From NCBI GenBank assembly GCA_963803435.1, contig CAWDML010000009.1, positions 1,280,001 through 1,344,000 of the forward strand: a DNA stretch of 64,000 nt, written 5' to 3'. Position 1 is the stretch's first letter; every line of letters begins with the position of its first letter. Under the pieces are notes generated by a model, which searched no databases, was not told the origin of the DNA, and saw nothing but the letters and a program-made list of their open reading frames with translations. The position numbers and the translations under genes were made by a program. This document shows positions 1 to 8,727 of this stretch, one piece after another. The DNA is from an uncultured delta proteobacterium. Lineage in GTDB: Bacteria > Myxococcota > Kuafuiibacteriia > Kuafuiibacteriales > Kuafuiibacteriaceae.

Positions 1-342
1 GCCGCCCATGCAGTAGCCGAGCAGCGCCACCTTGGGAACGCCGGTATCCCGCTGGACGCGCCGGATGGCGCGGCGCAGGCGGCGGAGCACCGAAGCCCAC
101 GTGAGGTAGCGATCTTCGTCGTTCGGGACGCCCCAGTCGAGGCAGTAGGTGTCGAAGCGCGTGCTGAGCGCTCCGGCCACGCTGGAGCCTGCGAGCAGAT
201 CGAGCACGTACCAGCGGTTGATCAGAGACGGCACCAGCAGGATCGGCGTCCGCCCCGCCGGCCGGAGATCCGGCCGGCGGAAACGGTAAATCGCCGCGGT
301 GCCCTCCCGATGGATGATGTCCTTCGGAGTGACCGCGTCCAT
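1..342 (-). CDS. phaC: Class III-type PHA synthase subunit PhaC (paralogue 1), N-terminal part; runs off the left edge
   Basis: Manual translation from ATG at 342: MDAVTPKDIIHREG...TPILLVPSLINRWYVLDL...DWGVPNDEDRYLTW...LLGYCMGG, with a Cys lipase box; homologous to the gene at 3339-4391. Confidence 0.8.
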   Translation of the reverse strand, partial: MDAVTPKDIIHREGTAAIYRFRRPDLRPAGRTPILLVPSLINRWYVLDLLAGSSVAGALSTRFDTYCLDWGVPNDEDRYLTWASVLRRLRRAIRRVQRDTGVPKVALLGYCMGG

Positions 343-347
343 ACGCG

Positions 348-599
348 CTACACCCAGGCCGTCATCATGTCGGCGGCTCGGCGCGAGCTCTCGAGCGCGA
401 TCCGCCGCCACTCGTCGCCCAGCCGTGCGGCGTAGTCGACGGAGGACTTCATCAGCTTCGAGTACTCCTCGATCGCCTCGTATGCGGCCTCGCGATTCTT
501 CGAGTCGATCTCCGCCATCTGCTCGAAGAACCTGCCGAGCCGATCGTGGCCCTCGGCCTTCGGCGGCGGGGCGGGGTTGGGGGTCGTCTTGTCTGCCAT
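348..599 (-). CDS. Small helical phasin-like (PHA granule-associated) protein, 83 aa
   Basis: MADKTTPNPAPP...EAIEEYSKLMKSSVDYAARLGDEWRRIALESSRRAADMM; amphipathic helical character; lies between phaR and phaC and is preceded by PhaR-like boxes. Confidence 0.55.
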   Translation of the reverse strand: MADKTTPNPAPPPKAEGHDRLGRFFEQMAEIDSKNREAAYEAIEEYSKLMKSSVDYAARLGDEWRRIALESSRRAADMMTAWV

Positions 600-630
600 C
601 AGGTTGCTCCTGTCTGAGTCGGTGTCGCTG

Positions 631-645
631 TGTTGCAGTGCAACA
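631..645. promoter_or_regulatory. Putative PhaR operator (TGTTGCAGTGCAACA)
   Basis: Perfect inverted repeat with TGC-N3-GCA core, just downstream of the predicted phasin promoter. Confidence 0.6.
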
Positions 646-657
646 TCGAACGGCCGG

Positions 658-686
658 AGAATGAAGCACGCCTGGGGCGCTGTCAA
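658..686 (-). promoter_or_regulatory. Sigma70-type promoter for the phasin-phaC operon
   Basis: Minus strand TTGACA (686-681), 17 nt, CATTCT (663-658). Confidence 0.5.
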
Positions 687-690
687 GCGC

Positions 691-713
691 CTACTGTTGC
701 GATGCAGCAGTAG
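691..713. promoter_or_regulatory. Putative PhaR operator (CTACTGTTGCGATGCAGCAGTAG)
   Basis: Near-perfect inverted repeat with TGC-GAT-GCA core, adjacent to the -35 element. Confidence 0.55.
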
Positions 714-1304
714 TCACTTCTTGCCCATCGCCTGCTTGAGCGCCTCGATCTCGCGGCGCAGATCCGCGATGGCCGCCTTGTCGGAGCCGTCGTCGTCCTC
801 GCTGGGCGCGGGCGTGGGGACGGGCGTCGGTACCACCTGCGGCGGCGGCGGCGCGTACGCCTCCTCGGACGGCGGCGGCGGAGACCATCCCGGCCCCTGG
901 GCGAAGAAGCGTGCGAGCGCATTCGTCGCGGCGAACGGGAGCGTGGCGAACGGGTTCAGCGGCGCGAGCGCCTGCGCCCCACTCTTGGCCGAGATGTACA
1001 TTTCGAGCGCCCAGGAGACGTAGCGGCCCAGGAACTCGGCGAGCGCGTCGTCGTCCATACGGATGAGCTGGTGGAGGAGCCCGATCGGAAGGAGGCGGCC
1101 GGCGCGCCCGCTCTCCAGGATCACCTGCGTCAACGTCTGCTGCGTCAGATCCTCGTGCGACTTGGCGTCGACAATCCGAACGGTCTTGCCGGTCCGGATC
1201 GTTTGGGCCAGCTCCTCCATCGTGATGTAGCGGCTCTCGGCCGTGTCATAGAGTCGGCGGTTACTGTATTTCTTCACCAGCACGTCTCTGCCCGGCTTTT
1301 GCAT
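714..1304 (-). CDS. phaR: Polyhydroxyalkanoate synthesis repressor PhaR
   Basis: N-terminal DNA-binding signature VKKYSNRRLYDTAESRYIT...IVDAKSHEDLTQQTLTQVILE; start taken at MQKPG. Confidence 0.9.
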   Translation of the reverse strand: MQKPGRDVLVKKYSNRRLYDTAESRYITMEELAQTIRTGKTVRIVDAKSHEDLTQQTLTQVILESGRAGRLLPIGLLHQLIRMDDDALAEFLGRYVSWALEMYISAKSGAQALAPLNPFATLPFAATNALARFFAQGPGWSPPPPSEEAYAPPPPQVVPTPVPTPAPSEDDDGSDKAAIADLRREIEALKQAMGKK

Positions 1305-1369
1305 CGCGAAGACGTTAGCACGTGAAAGCGGGCGTGGAAACTCGGAAGTTCGGCGGCGCACAAACCCAC

Positions 1370-1399
1370 TTGACGGTGCAGACGGGCCTCCGCTACGGT
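1370..1399 (+). promoter_or_regulatory. Possible sigma70 promoter for phaE-ligase-phaC
   Basis: TTGACG, 18 nt, TACGGT; degenerate TGC-N3-GCG boxes follow at 1418-1441. Confidence 0.35.
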
Positions 1400-1455
1400 G
1401 CCGGGGCTCGGCGATTGTGCGTTGCGAAATCACGCACTGCAGAGCGGGAGGTCCC

Positions 1456-1740
1456 GTGATCGGATTTGACGCCTTCAAGCAGAGCTTCGATGTCTGGGAG
1501 AAGTCGACCGCCACGTTCTTCGAGACGTGGCTGAAGAGCCCGGTGGTCCTCGAGCCGGCAGGCATGGCGCTCACCGCGATGATGAAGACGAAGGCGGCCA
1601 GCGATCGGATGATGGCCCTGTGGTGGGGGAGCCTCGGACTTCCGACCAAGCGCAATCAGGAGCGCGCGCTCCATGCGCTCAACGAGCTGGAGAGCCGGTT
1701 GATGGATCTGGAGGAGAAGCTGGAGGAGCAACAGCCGTGA
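1456..1740 (+). CDS. phaE: Short PhaE-like PHA synthase partner subunit (94 aa)
   Basis: GGGAGG RBS then GTG; C-terminal LGLPTKRNQERALHALNELESRLMDLEE resembles the PhaE-box/coiled coil; same operon as phaC. Confidence 0.6.
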   Translation: MIGFDAFKQSFDVWEKSTATFFETWLKSPVVLEPAGMALTAMMKTKAASDRMMALWWGSLGLPTKRNQERALHALNELESRLMDLEEKLEEQQP

Positions 1741-3342
1741 AGGCGCCGCGCGAGGTTGCACCGGGACCGATCGCGCTGTTCGAGATCGCCCGCCGTGAGC
1801 CGGACCGTGTCCGCTTCCAGGTCCGCACGCCCTCCGGCTGGGACCCGATCACCTGGCGCAGGCACGCCGCCGCCATCGAGTCGGCCGCCTCGTTCCTCTT
1901 GGACGCCGGCCTGGCGCCGAACGACCGCTGCGCGATCTTCTCCCCCAATCGCATCGAGTGGCTCGAGGCCGCGTTCGCGATCCAGGCGGCCCGCGGCCTG
2001 CTCGTCCCCATCTATCCCAGCTCCACGGCCGAGCAGGCCCGCTATGTGATCGAGCACGCCGAGGTGCGCTTTCTCTTCGTCGACGGCGTCACCCAGATCG
2101 AGCGGGCCCTCGAGGCCGCCGCCGGCCTCGCGCACGTGGAGGCCATCATCCTTCTCGGAGACGATCTCGAAGCGCGACGGTTGATCCCTTGGACCGAGGT
2201 GCTCGAGCGGGGCCGCGCGGCGCTCGACGCCGACCCGGCCCGGGTCGAGGACAGCCTAAAGCAGATCCAGCGGAGCGATCCGGCGCTGCTCCTGTACACC
2301 AGCGGCACGACCGGACGTCCCAAGGGCGTGCCGCTCACCCACGACAACCTCGATCGGCAACACCGAGCGACTGGCTCGAGGCGATCGCCAGCGGTATCCC
2401 GGAGCAGGGGGTCGATCTGCTGTGGCTGCCGATGAGCCACATCTTCGGCTTCGGCGAGGTCGTGCCTCGGCAACCTGCTCGGCTTCACCAGCTCCTGGTC
2501 CCGCCGGACGCCGTGCTCGCGAGCTGCCCGAGGTCGCGGCCGACCGTGTTCATGAGCGTGCCCTCCTACTGGCAGAAGATCGCCGCAAGCGTGCTCGCCG
2601 CCCGAGCGCGCTGCGCTCGACGCGGTCACCGGCGGGCGGCTGCAATTCTGCCTCAGCGGACGGCGCCGGGCTGGATATCGCCGTGAAGGAGCTGTTCCTC
2701 GATCATGGCGTCGTGATCGTCGAGGGCTATGGCCTGACCGAGACCTCGCCGACCCTGACGATCAACCGCCCCATGACTATCGATTCGACACCGTGGGCCG
2801 GCCGCTCCGCCGCGTCGAGCTGAGGCTCGCCGACGACGGGGAGATCCGGGCGAAGGGGCCGAACGTCTTCTCGGGTTACTTTCGCGATCCGGAGGCGACC
2901 CGCGGAGGCGTTCACCGCCGACGGCTGGTTCAAGACCGGCGACGTGGGTCGGGTGACAGAGGACGGGTTCCTCCAGATCGTCGATCGGAAGAAGGACATC
3001 CTGGTGACCGCGGGAGGCAAGAACATCCCCCCGGCCAACATCGAGCTGAGGTTCAACGACGATCCCGTGATCGATCATCTGATCGTGTACGGCGACGGCA
3101 AGAGTTACCTGGTGGCGGGCGTCTGGGTGAACCGCACGCTGGCCGGGGACGTCAGCGCGGACATCGAGCGGCGGATCGCGTCGGTGAACGGGACGCTCGC
3201 CAGCTTCGAGACGATCAAGCGGTTCGCGATCATGGACGAGCCGCTCACGGTCGAAGGCGGGCTGCTCACCGCCACGCTCAAGCCGAAGCGCCGCCAGATC
3301 TACGAGCGCTTCCGCCACCGATTCGAGGAGCTCTACGCGTGA
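1737..3342 (+). CDS. AMP-dependent long-chain acyl-CoA synthetase, broken by several frameshifts (~2350-2910; probably sequencing errors)
   Basis: Motifs [57 protein letters not shown] and LTATLKPKR lie in successive frames; GTGA overlaps with both neighbours. Confidence 0.85.
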
Positions 3343-4391
3343 GTCGGGTGAGAGACCTGCTCCTGGGCCTCGCGGGCGGAAGACCGGCGGTCGGTACCAC
3401 GCCGCACGACGCCGTCTTTGGCGAGAACAAGTGGAGGCTCCTCCGCTACCGGGCGGCGGGCCAGGGCGAGCGGCGTCCCACGCCGGTGCTGATCGTCCCA
3501 TCCTTGATCAATCGCCACTACGTCCTCGATCTCCTCCCGGGGCGCAGCCTGATCGAGTTCCTGGTGGAGCAGGGCCACGACCTCTTCGTGATCGACTGGG
3601 GTACACCGGGCGACGAGGATCGCTTCCTCACGTTCGACACGATCTGCGATCGCTACCTCGGCCGGGCGATCAAGCGGGCGGCGCGGATCGCGGGGAGCGA
3701 GCGCGTCCACCTGCTCGGCTACTGCCTCGGCGGCACGCTGACCTCGATCCACGCCGCGCTCCACCCCGAGCGCATCGCCTCCATGGTGGCGCTGGCAGCG
3801 CCGATCCGCTTCCGCGACTCGGGGCTGCTGTCGGTCTGGACCCGGACGAAAGCCTTCGACGTGGGCGCCGTGATCGATGCGTTCGGCAACGTGCCGTGGC
3901 CGCTGATGCAAGCCAGCTTCCATCTCTTGAAGCCGACGCTCGGGCTCCAGAAGGCGATCCAGCTGCTCGATCGGGCGGAGGACGACGATTTCCTCGAGGG
4001 CTTCCTCGCCGTCGAGACCTGGAGCAACGACAACGTCTCGTTCCCCGGCGAGGCGTACCGGAAGTACATCGAGGCTCTCTATCAACGCGACGAGCTGGTG
4101 AACGGCGAGCTGTACATCTCGGGCCGCCGCGTCGAGCTGGCCGCCATCGGTTGTCCCACGCTGGCCGTCACCTTCGAGCACGACCACATCGTCCCGAAGG
4201 AGAGCGCGCAGGTGCTGCTGGAGAGGATCGGGACCGACGTCCGGAAACTGCTCCACCTGAACGGCGGTCATGTCGGAGCGGTCGTCTCCCGGCGCGCCCG
4301 CACCGGCCTCTGGGCGGCCCTGAGCGACTGGTTCATTTTGCACGGCAAAACCTCCGCCCATCCCCGCCTGCAGATCATCGATCGCGGCTAG
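3339..4391 (+). CDS. phaC: Class III-type PHA synthase subunit PhaC (paralogue 2), 350 aa
   Basis: [28 protein letters not shown] (Cys), EHDHIVP (Asp), GGHVG (His); no class I N-terminal extension. Confidence 0.85.
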   Translation: MSRVRDLLLGLAGGRPAVGTTPHDAVFGENKWRLLRYRAAGQGERRPTPVLIVPSLINRHYVLDLLPGRSLIEFLVEQGHDLFVIDWGTPGDEDRFLTFDTICDRYLGRAIKRAARIAGSERVHLLGYCLGGTLTSIHAALHPERIASMVALAAPIRFRDSGLLSVWTRTKAFDVGAVIDAFGNVPWPLMQASFHLLKPTLGLQKAIQLLDRAEDDDFLEGFLAVETWSNDNVSFPGEAYRKYIEALYQRDELVNGELYISGRRVELAAIGCPTLAVTFEHDHIVPKESAQVLLERIGTDVRKLLHLNGGHVGAVVSRRARTGLWAALSDWFILHGKTSAHPRLQIIDRG

Positions 4392-4409
4392 TATCGGCCG
4401 GTCGTCGTA

Positions 4410-4463
4410 TGTGCAGTGCACAAAAACGATCCTAATGTCCCATCGTCATGTTGCTGTGCACCA
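4410..4463. promoter_or_regulatory. Two putative PhaR operators upstream of the depolymerase operon
   Basis: TGTGCAGTGCACA (4410-4422, perfect IR) and TGTTGCTGTGCACCA (4449-4463). Confidence 0.55.
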
Positions 4464-4535
4464 TCCATCCGCTCCGACCCCCAACCGATGCCGACCGGTG
4501 CCGCAATTTCTAACCTCGGCGCGGAGCACAGAACG

Positions 4536-6503
4536 ATGAGAGCGCAACTCCCCTGGGTCCTCGCCTTTGCGCTGGCCGGCTGCGCGCCCGCCGAGATTCC
4601 CGTCGACAGCACCTCCGAGGGCCTCCTCACCGAGGTGCAGAGCTTCGGCAGCAACCCCGGCGGCCTCAAGATGTACAAGTACGTCCCGGCCGGCGTCCCC
4701 GCGGATGCACCGGTCCTGTTCGCCCTTCACGCGTGTAGTCAGACCGCCAGCGCCTACGAAGGAGCGGGCTGGAACGCCCTCGCCGATGAGCTCAAGTTCT
4801 ACGTCGTCTATCCCGAGCAGCAGTCCGCGAACAACCCGGCGCTCTGCTTCAACTGGGCCGGCGAGTACGGCGACCCCACGAACCTGATGCGCGGCGAGGG
4901 AGAGAACGAGTCGATCCACCAGATGCTGGACAAGATGCGGCAGGACTACTCGATCGATCCGTCCCGCGTGTACATGTCTGGGTTCTCGGGCGGCGGCGCC
5001 CAGGTGGCGCTGATGCTGGCCACCTGGCCGGACCTCTTCGCCGGCGGCGCGATCCTGGCCGGCATCCCGTACGACTGCACCACGACGTTCACCGAGGTCT
5101 CCACCTGCCTGAACCCGGGCATCGATCGATCGCCGATGGACTGGGGAGATCGGGTCCGCAACGCGTTCAGCTACTCGGGCTCCTATCCGATCATCTCGCT
5201 CTGGCAGGGCACCGCCGACACCACCGTGAAGCCGACGAACCAGATGGAGCTGCTCGATCAATGGACGAACGTCCACGGGATCGACGAGACCCCCGACGTG
5301 ATGGACACCGTCGACGGCCACCCCCACGAGGCCTACCAGAACGCGGCCGGCGACACGCTCATCGAGGTCTACCACCTCACCGGGATGGGTCACGGGACGC
5401 CCGTGCTGCCCAGCGCGGGCTGCGGTCAGACGGGCGCGTACTTCCTGGACGTCGGGATCTGCTCTTCTCGGCACATCGCCGAGTTCTTCGGCCTGGACGG
5501 CTCCGTCACCCCGGTCGATCGCACGCCGCCCCAGGTGATGATCACCGCGCCGGCGGACGGCGGCACGGTCATGGGCAACGTCTCCATCCAGGCGACCGCC
5601 AGCGACGACGTCGGCGTCTCGCAGGTCACCATCGCCATCAACGGCACCGTCGACGCCACCCTGACGGCGGCGCCCTACAGCTACGCCTGGGACGCCAGCA
5701 CCGCCGCCAACGGCTCGTACCTGATCCGCGCCACCGCCACCGACGCCGCCGGCAACGCGTCGCACGCCGACATCACGGTCACCGTGATGGGCGGCATCGA
5801 CGACACCACGCCGCCCTCGGTGAACGTGACGGCGCCCGCGAACGGCGCGATGGTCTCGGGGACCGTCGACGTCGCGGTGGATGCGAGCGACGACTTCGGC
5901 GTCCAGCGCGTGACGGTCCTGGTCGACGGCACCTCGATCGGCGAGGCCACCGCGCCGCCCTATCACGTCTCGTTCAACACCGGCTCGGTCTCGCCCGGCG
6001 CGCACGCGATCAGCGCGACGGCCGTCGACGCAGCCGGGAACACGGCCACCGACGCCGACACCACCGTGATGGTCACCGCCGGCGACACCACGCCGCCCAC
6101 CGTCTCGATCATCTCGCCCACCGACGGCGCCGTGCTCTCGGGTGTGGTCAACATCTCGGTGGCCTCCAGCGACGACACGCACATCAACAGCGTCCTCATG
6201 TTCCTCGACGGCGAGCTGATCGGGACCGACTACCGGGGTCCGAGCTATGAGTTCCTCTGGGACACCGCCCAGTCTCCCGAGGGCCCGCACGAGCTGGCCG
6301 CGCGTGCCTTCGACGACGCAGGCAACATGGCGAACGACTCGATCTCGATCTCGGTGATGCAGGACGGCCAGGATCCGGATGCGCCGGGCGGAAAGCGCGT
6401 GCTGGCCGGGAAGCGGTTCTGGGGCTGCGCGACGACGCCGGCGGAGCCCGGTGGCCTGCTGATCCTGCTCGGGGTCCTCTTCTTCTTCCGACGTCGGAGG
6501 TAG
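4536..6503 (+). CDS. phaZ: Extracellular PHB depolymerase family esterase with three Ig-like repeats and a MYXO-CTERM-like tail
   Basis: Lipobox ALAGC; FGSNPGGLKM, LHACSQ, CFNW, GFSGGG, QGTADTTV, GMGHG; three DxTPP-V-I/V-x-A/S-P repeats; tail GCATTP..LLILLGVLFFFRRRR. Confidence 0.85.
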   Translation: MRAQLPWVLAFALAGCAPAEIPVDSTSEGLLTEVQSFGSNPGGLKMYKYVPAGVPADAPVLFALHACSQTASAYEGAGWNALADELKFYVVYPEQQSANNPALCFNWAGEYGDPTNLMRGEGENESIHQMLDKMRQDYSIDPSRVYMSGFSGGGAQVALMLATWPDLFAGGAILAGIPYDCTTTFTEVSTCLNPGIDRSPMDWGDRVRNAFSYSGSYPIISLWQGTADTTVKPTNQMELLDQWTNVHGIDETPDVMDTVDGHPHEAYQNAAGDTLIEVYHLTGMGHGTPVLPSAGCGQTGAYFLDVGICSSRHIAEFFGLDGSVTPVDRTPPQVMITAPADGGTVMGNVSIQATASDDVGVSQVTIAINGTVDATLTAAPYSYAWDASTAANGSYLIRATATDAAGNASHADITVTVMGGIDDTTPPSVNVTAPANGAMVSGTVDVAVDASDDFGVQRVTVLVDGTSIGEATAPPYHVSFNTGSVSPGAHAISATAVDAAGNTATDADTTVMVTAGDTTPPTVSIISPTDGAVLSGVVNISVASSDDTHINSVLMFLDGELIGTDYRGPSYEFLWDTAQSPEGPHELAARAFDDAGNMANDSISISVMQDGQDPDAPGGKRVLAGKRFWGCATTPAEPGGLLILLGVLFFFRRRR

Positions 6504-6507
6504 CTCG

Positions 6508-7095
6508 ATGAAAACGTACGCGTGTTTGCTCTCGATTCTCCTCTTCGCCGCCTGCGGCGACCCGATCTACCAGGATCAGCAGATGCAGGGGGACGGGCTG
6601 ACCACCCCCAGCCGCATCTCCTCCTTCCTCGACGGCAAGGCGCTGGTGATGGAGGGCTCGATGATCCCCAGCCACCCGAACGGCTACGATCAGGACGTCG
6701 ACTTCGGCGCCGCCACCCAGTGCTACATGAAGGTCACCATGGCGCCGCTGGGCGGAAAAATCCGGGTCACCTCCGAGCTGGGCACGCTGACCGAGTCCGG
6801 CTGCGATCGGATGCGGCTCTCGGGTGAGGCCAGCTTCGACTCGACCGCCGTGCTCATCGAGAACGTCGGCGGCGACGCCGAGTGCTTCGACTTCACCATC
6901 ACCTATCCGGGCTTCGGCCAGGAGGGCCGCGGCACGATCAACGCCGAGCGCACCGAGCTCGACCTGGAGCTCTTCTTCAAGGATCAGGCGACTGGACATC
7001 GCTGCGCCGACGGTGCCGTCGGGGCGCCGACGGTGACGCTCAACCAGCAGCTGTTCACCGGCGACGCCCTCCAGCGCTACCGCATCGGAGGCTGA
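6508..7095 (+). CDS. Uncharacterised Cys-containing lipoprotein
   Basis: Signal peptide ending FAAC; 4 nt after the depolymerase stop; codon usage is coding-like. Confidence 0.7.
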   Translation: MKTYACLLSILLFAACGDPIYQDQQMQGDGLTTPSRISSFLDGKALVMEGSMIPSHPNGYDQDVDFGAATQCYMKVTMAPLGGKIRVTSELGTLTESGCDRMRLSGEASFDSTAVLIENVGGDAECFDFTITYPGFGQEGRGTINAERTELDLELFFKDQATGHRCADGAVGAPTVTLNQQLFTGDALQRYRIGG

Positions 7096-7096
7096 A

Positions 7097-8725
7097 GTGA
7101 AGAACCTCCTGCTTCTGATCCCGCTCCTCCTGCTCTCGAGGACCGCTCGGGCCGACGCGCCGCCGGCCGGTCCCGGGCCGCTCTTTCTCGAGTGGCAGGA
7201 GCGGGCGTTGCGCGAGAACGATCCGGAGCCGAAGGAGTTCAGCCTCATCAACTACTTCTTCACGCGCGGCACGGTCACCAACCAGCTCGCCGATCCCTCG
7301 GGCCTGCGCGGCGTGTCGCTGGGCCCGATCGGCGTCGGCGAGGGCGTCGGCAGCGCTACGGCCGTCGGCGCGGACACCACCGCCTATTACATCGAGCAGC
7401 GCTGGATCCCGGTGATCGCGTACAGTCCGAACTTCGTGGACGGCCTCGCCACCTTCCGCGCACAGTTCGAGATCGACTTCATGTGGGGTCAGGCCGCGAA
7501 CCAGATCCAGAACAACCAGGGCGGCGGCTTCAATGCGGATCAGGTCAACATCCAGACCAAGAACGTGAACGTCGCCATCTATCCCACCAAGAACCCGCGC
7601 CAGCTCTCGCTCTTGATTGGGACCCAGCCGGTCTACGACACGATCTACGACCCGACGATCACCTCGCTGTTCGACATCGTCCGCACCGGATACAAGCTCT
7701 CGTTCATCGGCTCCGACGCCACCGGCATCAGCGCCTACTCGTCGCTGGGCGGACTGTGGAAGGCCTCTTTTCTCCCGCTCGGAGTGGCCCAGCCGCGGAA
7801 GGCGACCGAGGACGATCCGAGCCTTGCCTTCGTCTACATGCTGACCGCCGACTACGCGTATCCGATCCAGCCCGGGACGGTGGTGGGCCTCAGCTTCTGG
7901 CACCTCCAGGACGACACCCGCGGCGCCGCCTTCGCGTTCGAGGGGCTGGTGAAGAGCGGGCCGGCCTCGAGCGGGCTGTCGTCCTACACCGGTACCGGCA
8001 AGCTCAACGTGGAGGCGGCCGACGGGCGGGTCGAGTACATCGGCGCCCACTTCCACCACAACATCAACTTCCGCACCTCCGACTTCGCGGCCTCTGGCTT
8101 CGTCATGGTCAACGAGGGGCGCTACACCACCACCAAGGCGGACAGCCAGGCGCAGCCCTCGGTGCACATCCTCGGCGCCGCCGCCAACCTCGAGCTCGTC
8201 TACAACTGGGGCCGGAGCCAGAACGATCTCATCTCGATCGAGGGCATGTTCACCACCGGCGACAGCGATCCCAACGACGACCGCTACACCAGCGCCTTCA
8301 CGCTCAACCAGTACGGGCTCCCCGGCGCCGTCTGGTTCAACCACAAGACGCTGATCCTGTTTCCGTTCACCAGCACCGTCAGCAACTACACCGGCGCGAT
8401 CGTCGACATCTCGAACCAGGGCTACGGCGTGCTGGCCGCGATCCTCGCCGCCAAGTACGACCTGATCCGCGATACGCTGAACCTGAAGTTGGGCGCAGCG
8501 TACGCCCAGAGCACCGTCAGGCCGCCGCCGACCGCTCTAGGCATCCAGCGCGGACACACGGTCGGCGCGGAGGTCAACGCTGAGCTCACATATCAGATCC
8601 GGTACCTGATGACGGTGGGCCTGCACGGCGCCTACCTGTTCGCGGGCAGCTTCTTCGACGGCAACCCGCAGGTGACGAGCAACCCGTACGCCGTCTACAC
8701 CACCTTTACCTGGTACGCGTTCTAG
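7097..8725 (+). CDS. Putative outer-membrane beta-barrel protein (porin-like)
   Basis: Signal peptide; alternating amphipathic strands rich in Y/F/G; C-terminal TTFTWYAF signature. Confidence 0.7.
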   Translation: MKNLLLLIPLLLLSRTARADAPPAGPGPLFLEWQERALRENDPEPKEFSLINYFFTRGTVTNQLADPSGLRGVSLGPIGVGEGVGSATAVGADTTAYYIEQRWIPVIAYSPNFVDGLATFRAQFEIDFMWGQAANQIQNNQGGGFNADQVNIQTKNVNVAIYPTKNPRQLSLLIGTQPVYDTIYDPTITSLFDIVRTGYKLSFIGSDATGISAYSSLGGLWKASFLPLGVAQPRKATEDDPSLAFVYMLTADYAYPIQPGTVVGLSFWHLQDDTRGAAFAFEGLVKSGPASSGLSSYTGTGKLNVEAADGRVEYIGAHFHHNINFRTSDFAASGFVMVNEGRYTTTKADSQAQPSVHILGAAANLELVYNWGRSQNDLISIEGMFTTGDSDPNDDRYTSAFTLNQYGLPGAVWFNHKTLILFPFTSTVSNYTGAIVDISNQGYGVLAAILAAKYDLIRDTLNLKLGAAYAQSTVRPPPTALGIQRGHTVGAEVNAELTYQIRYLMTVGLHGAYLFAGSFFDGNPQVTSNPYAVYTTFTWYAF

Positions 8726-8727
8726 CC

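Noticed and set aside
691-713. Intrinsic terminator for phaR
   Set aside because: The hairpin has no U-tract and shares its core with the other operator-like boxes
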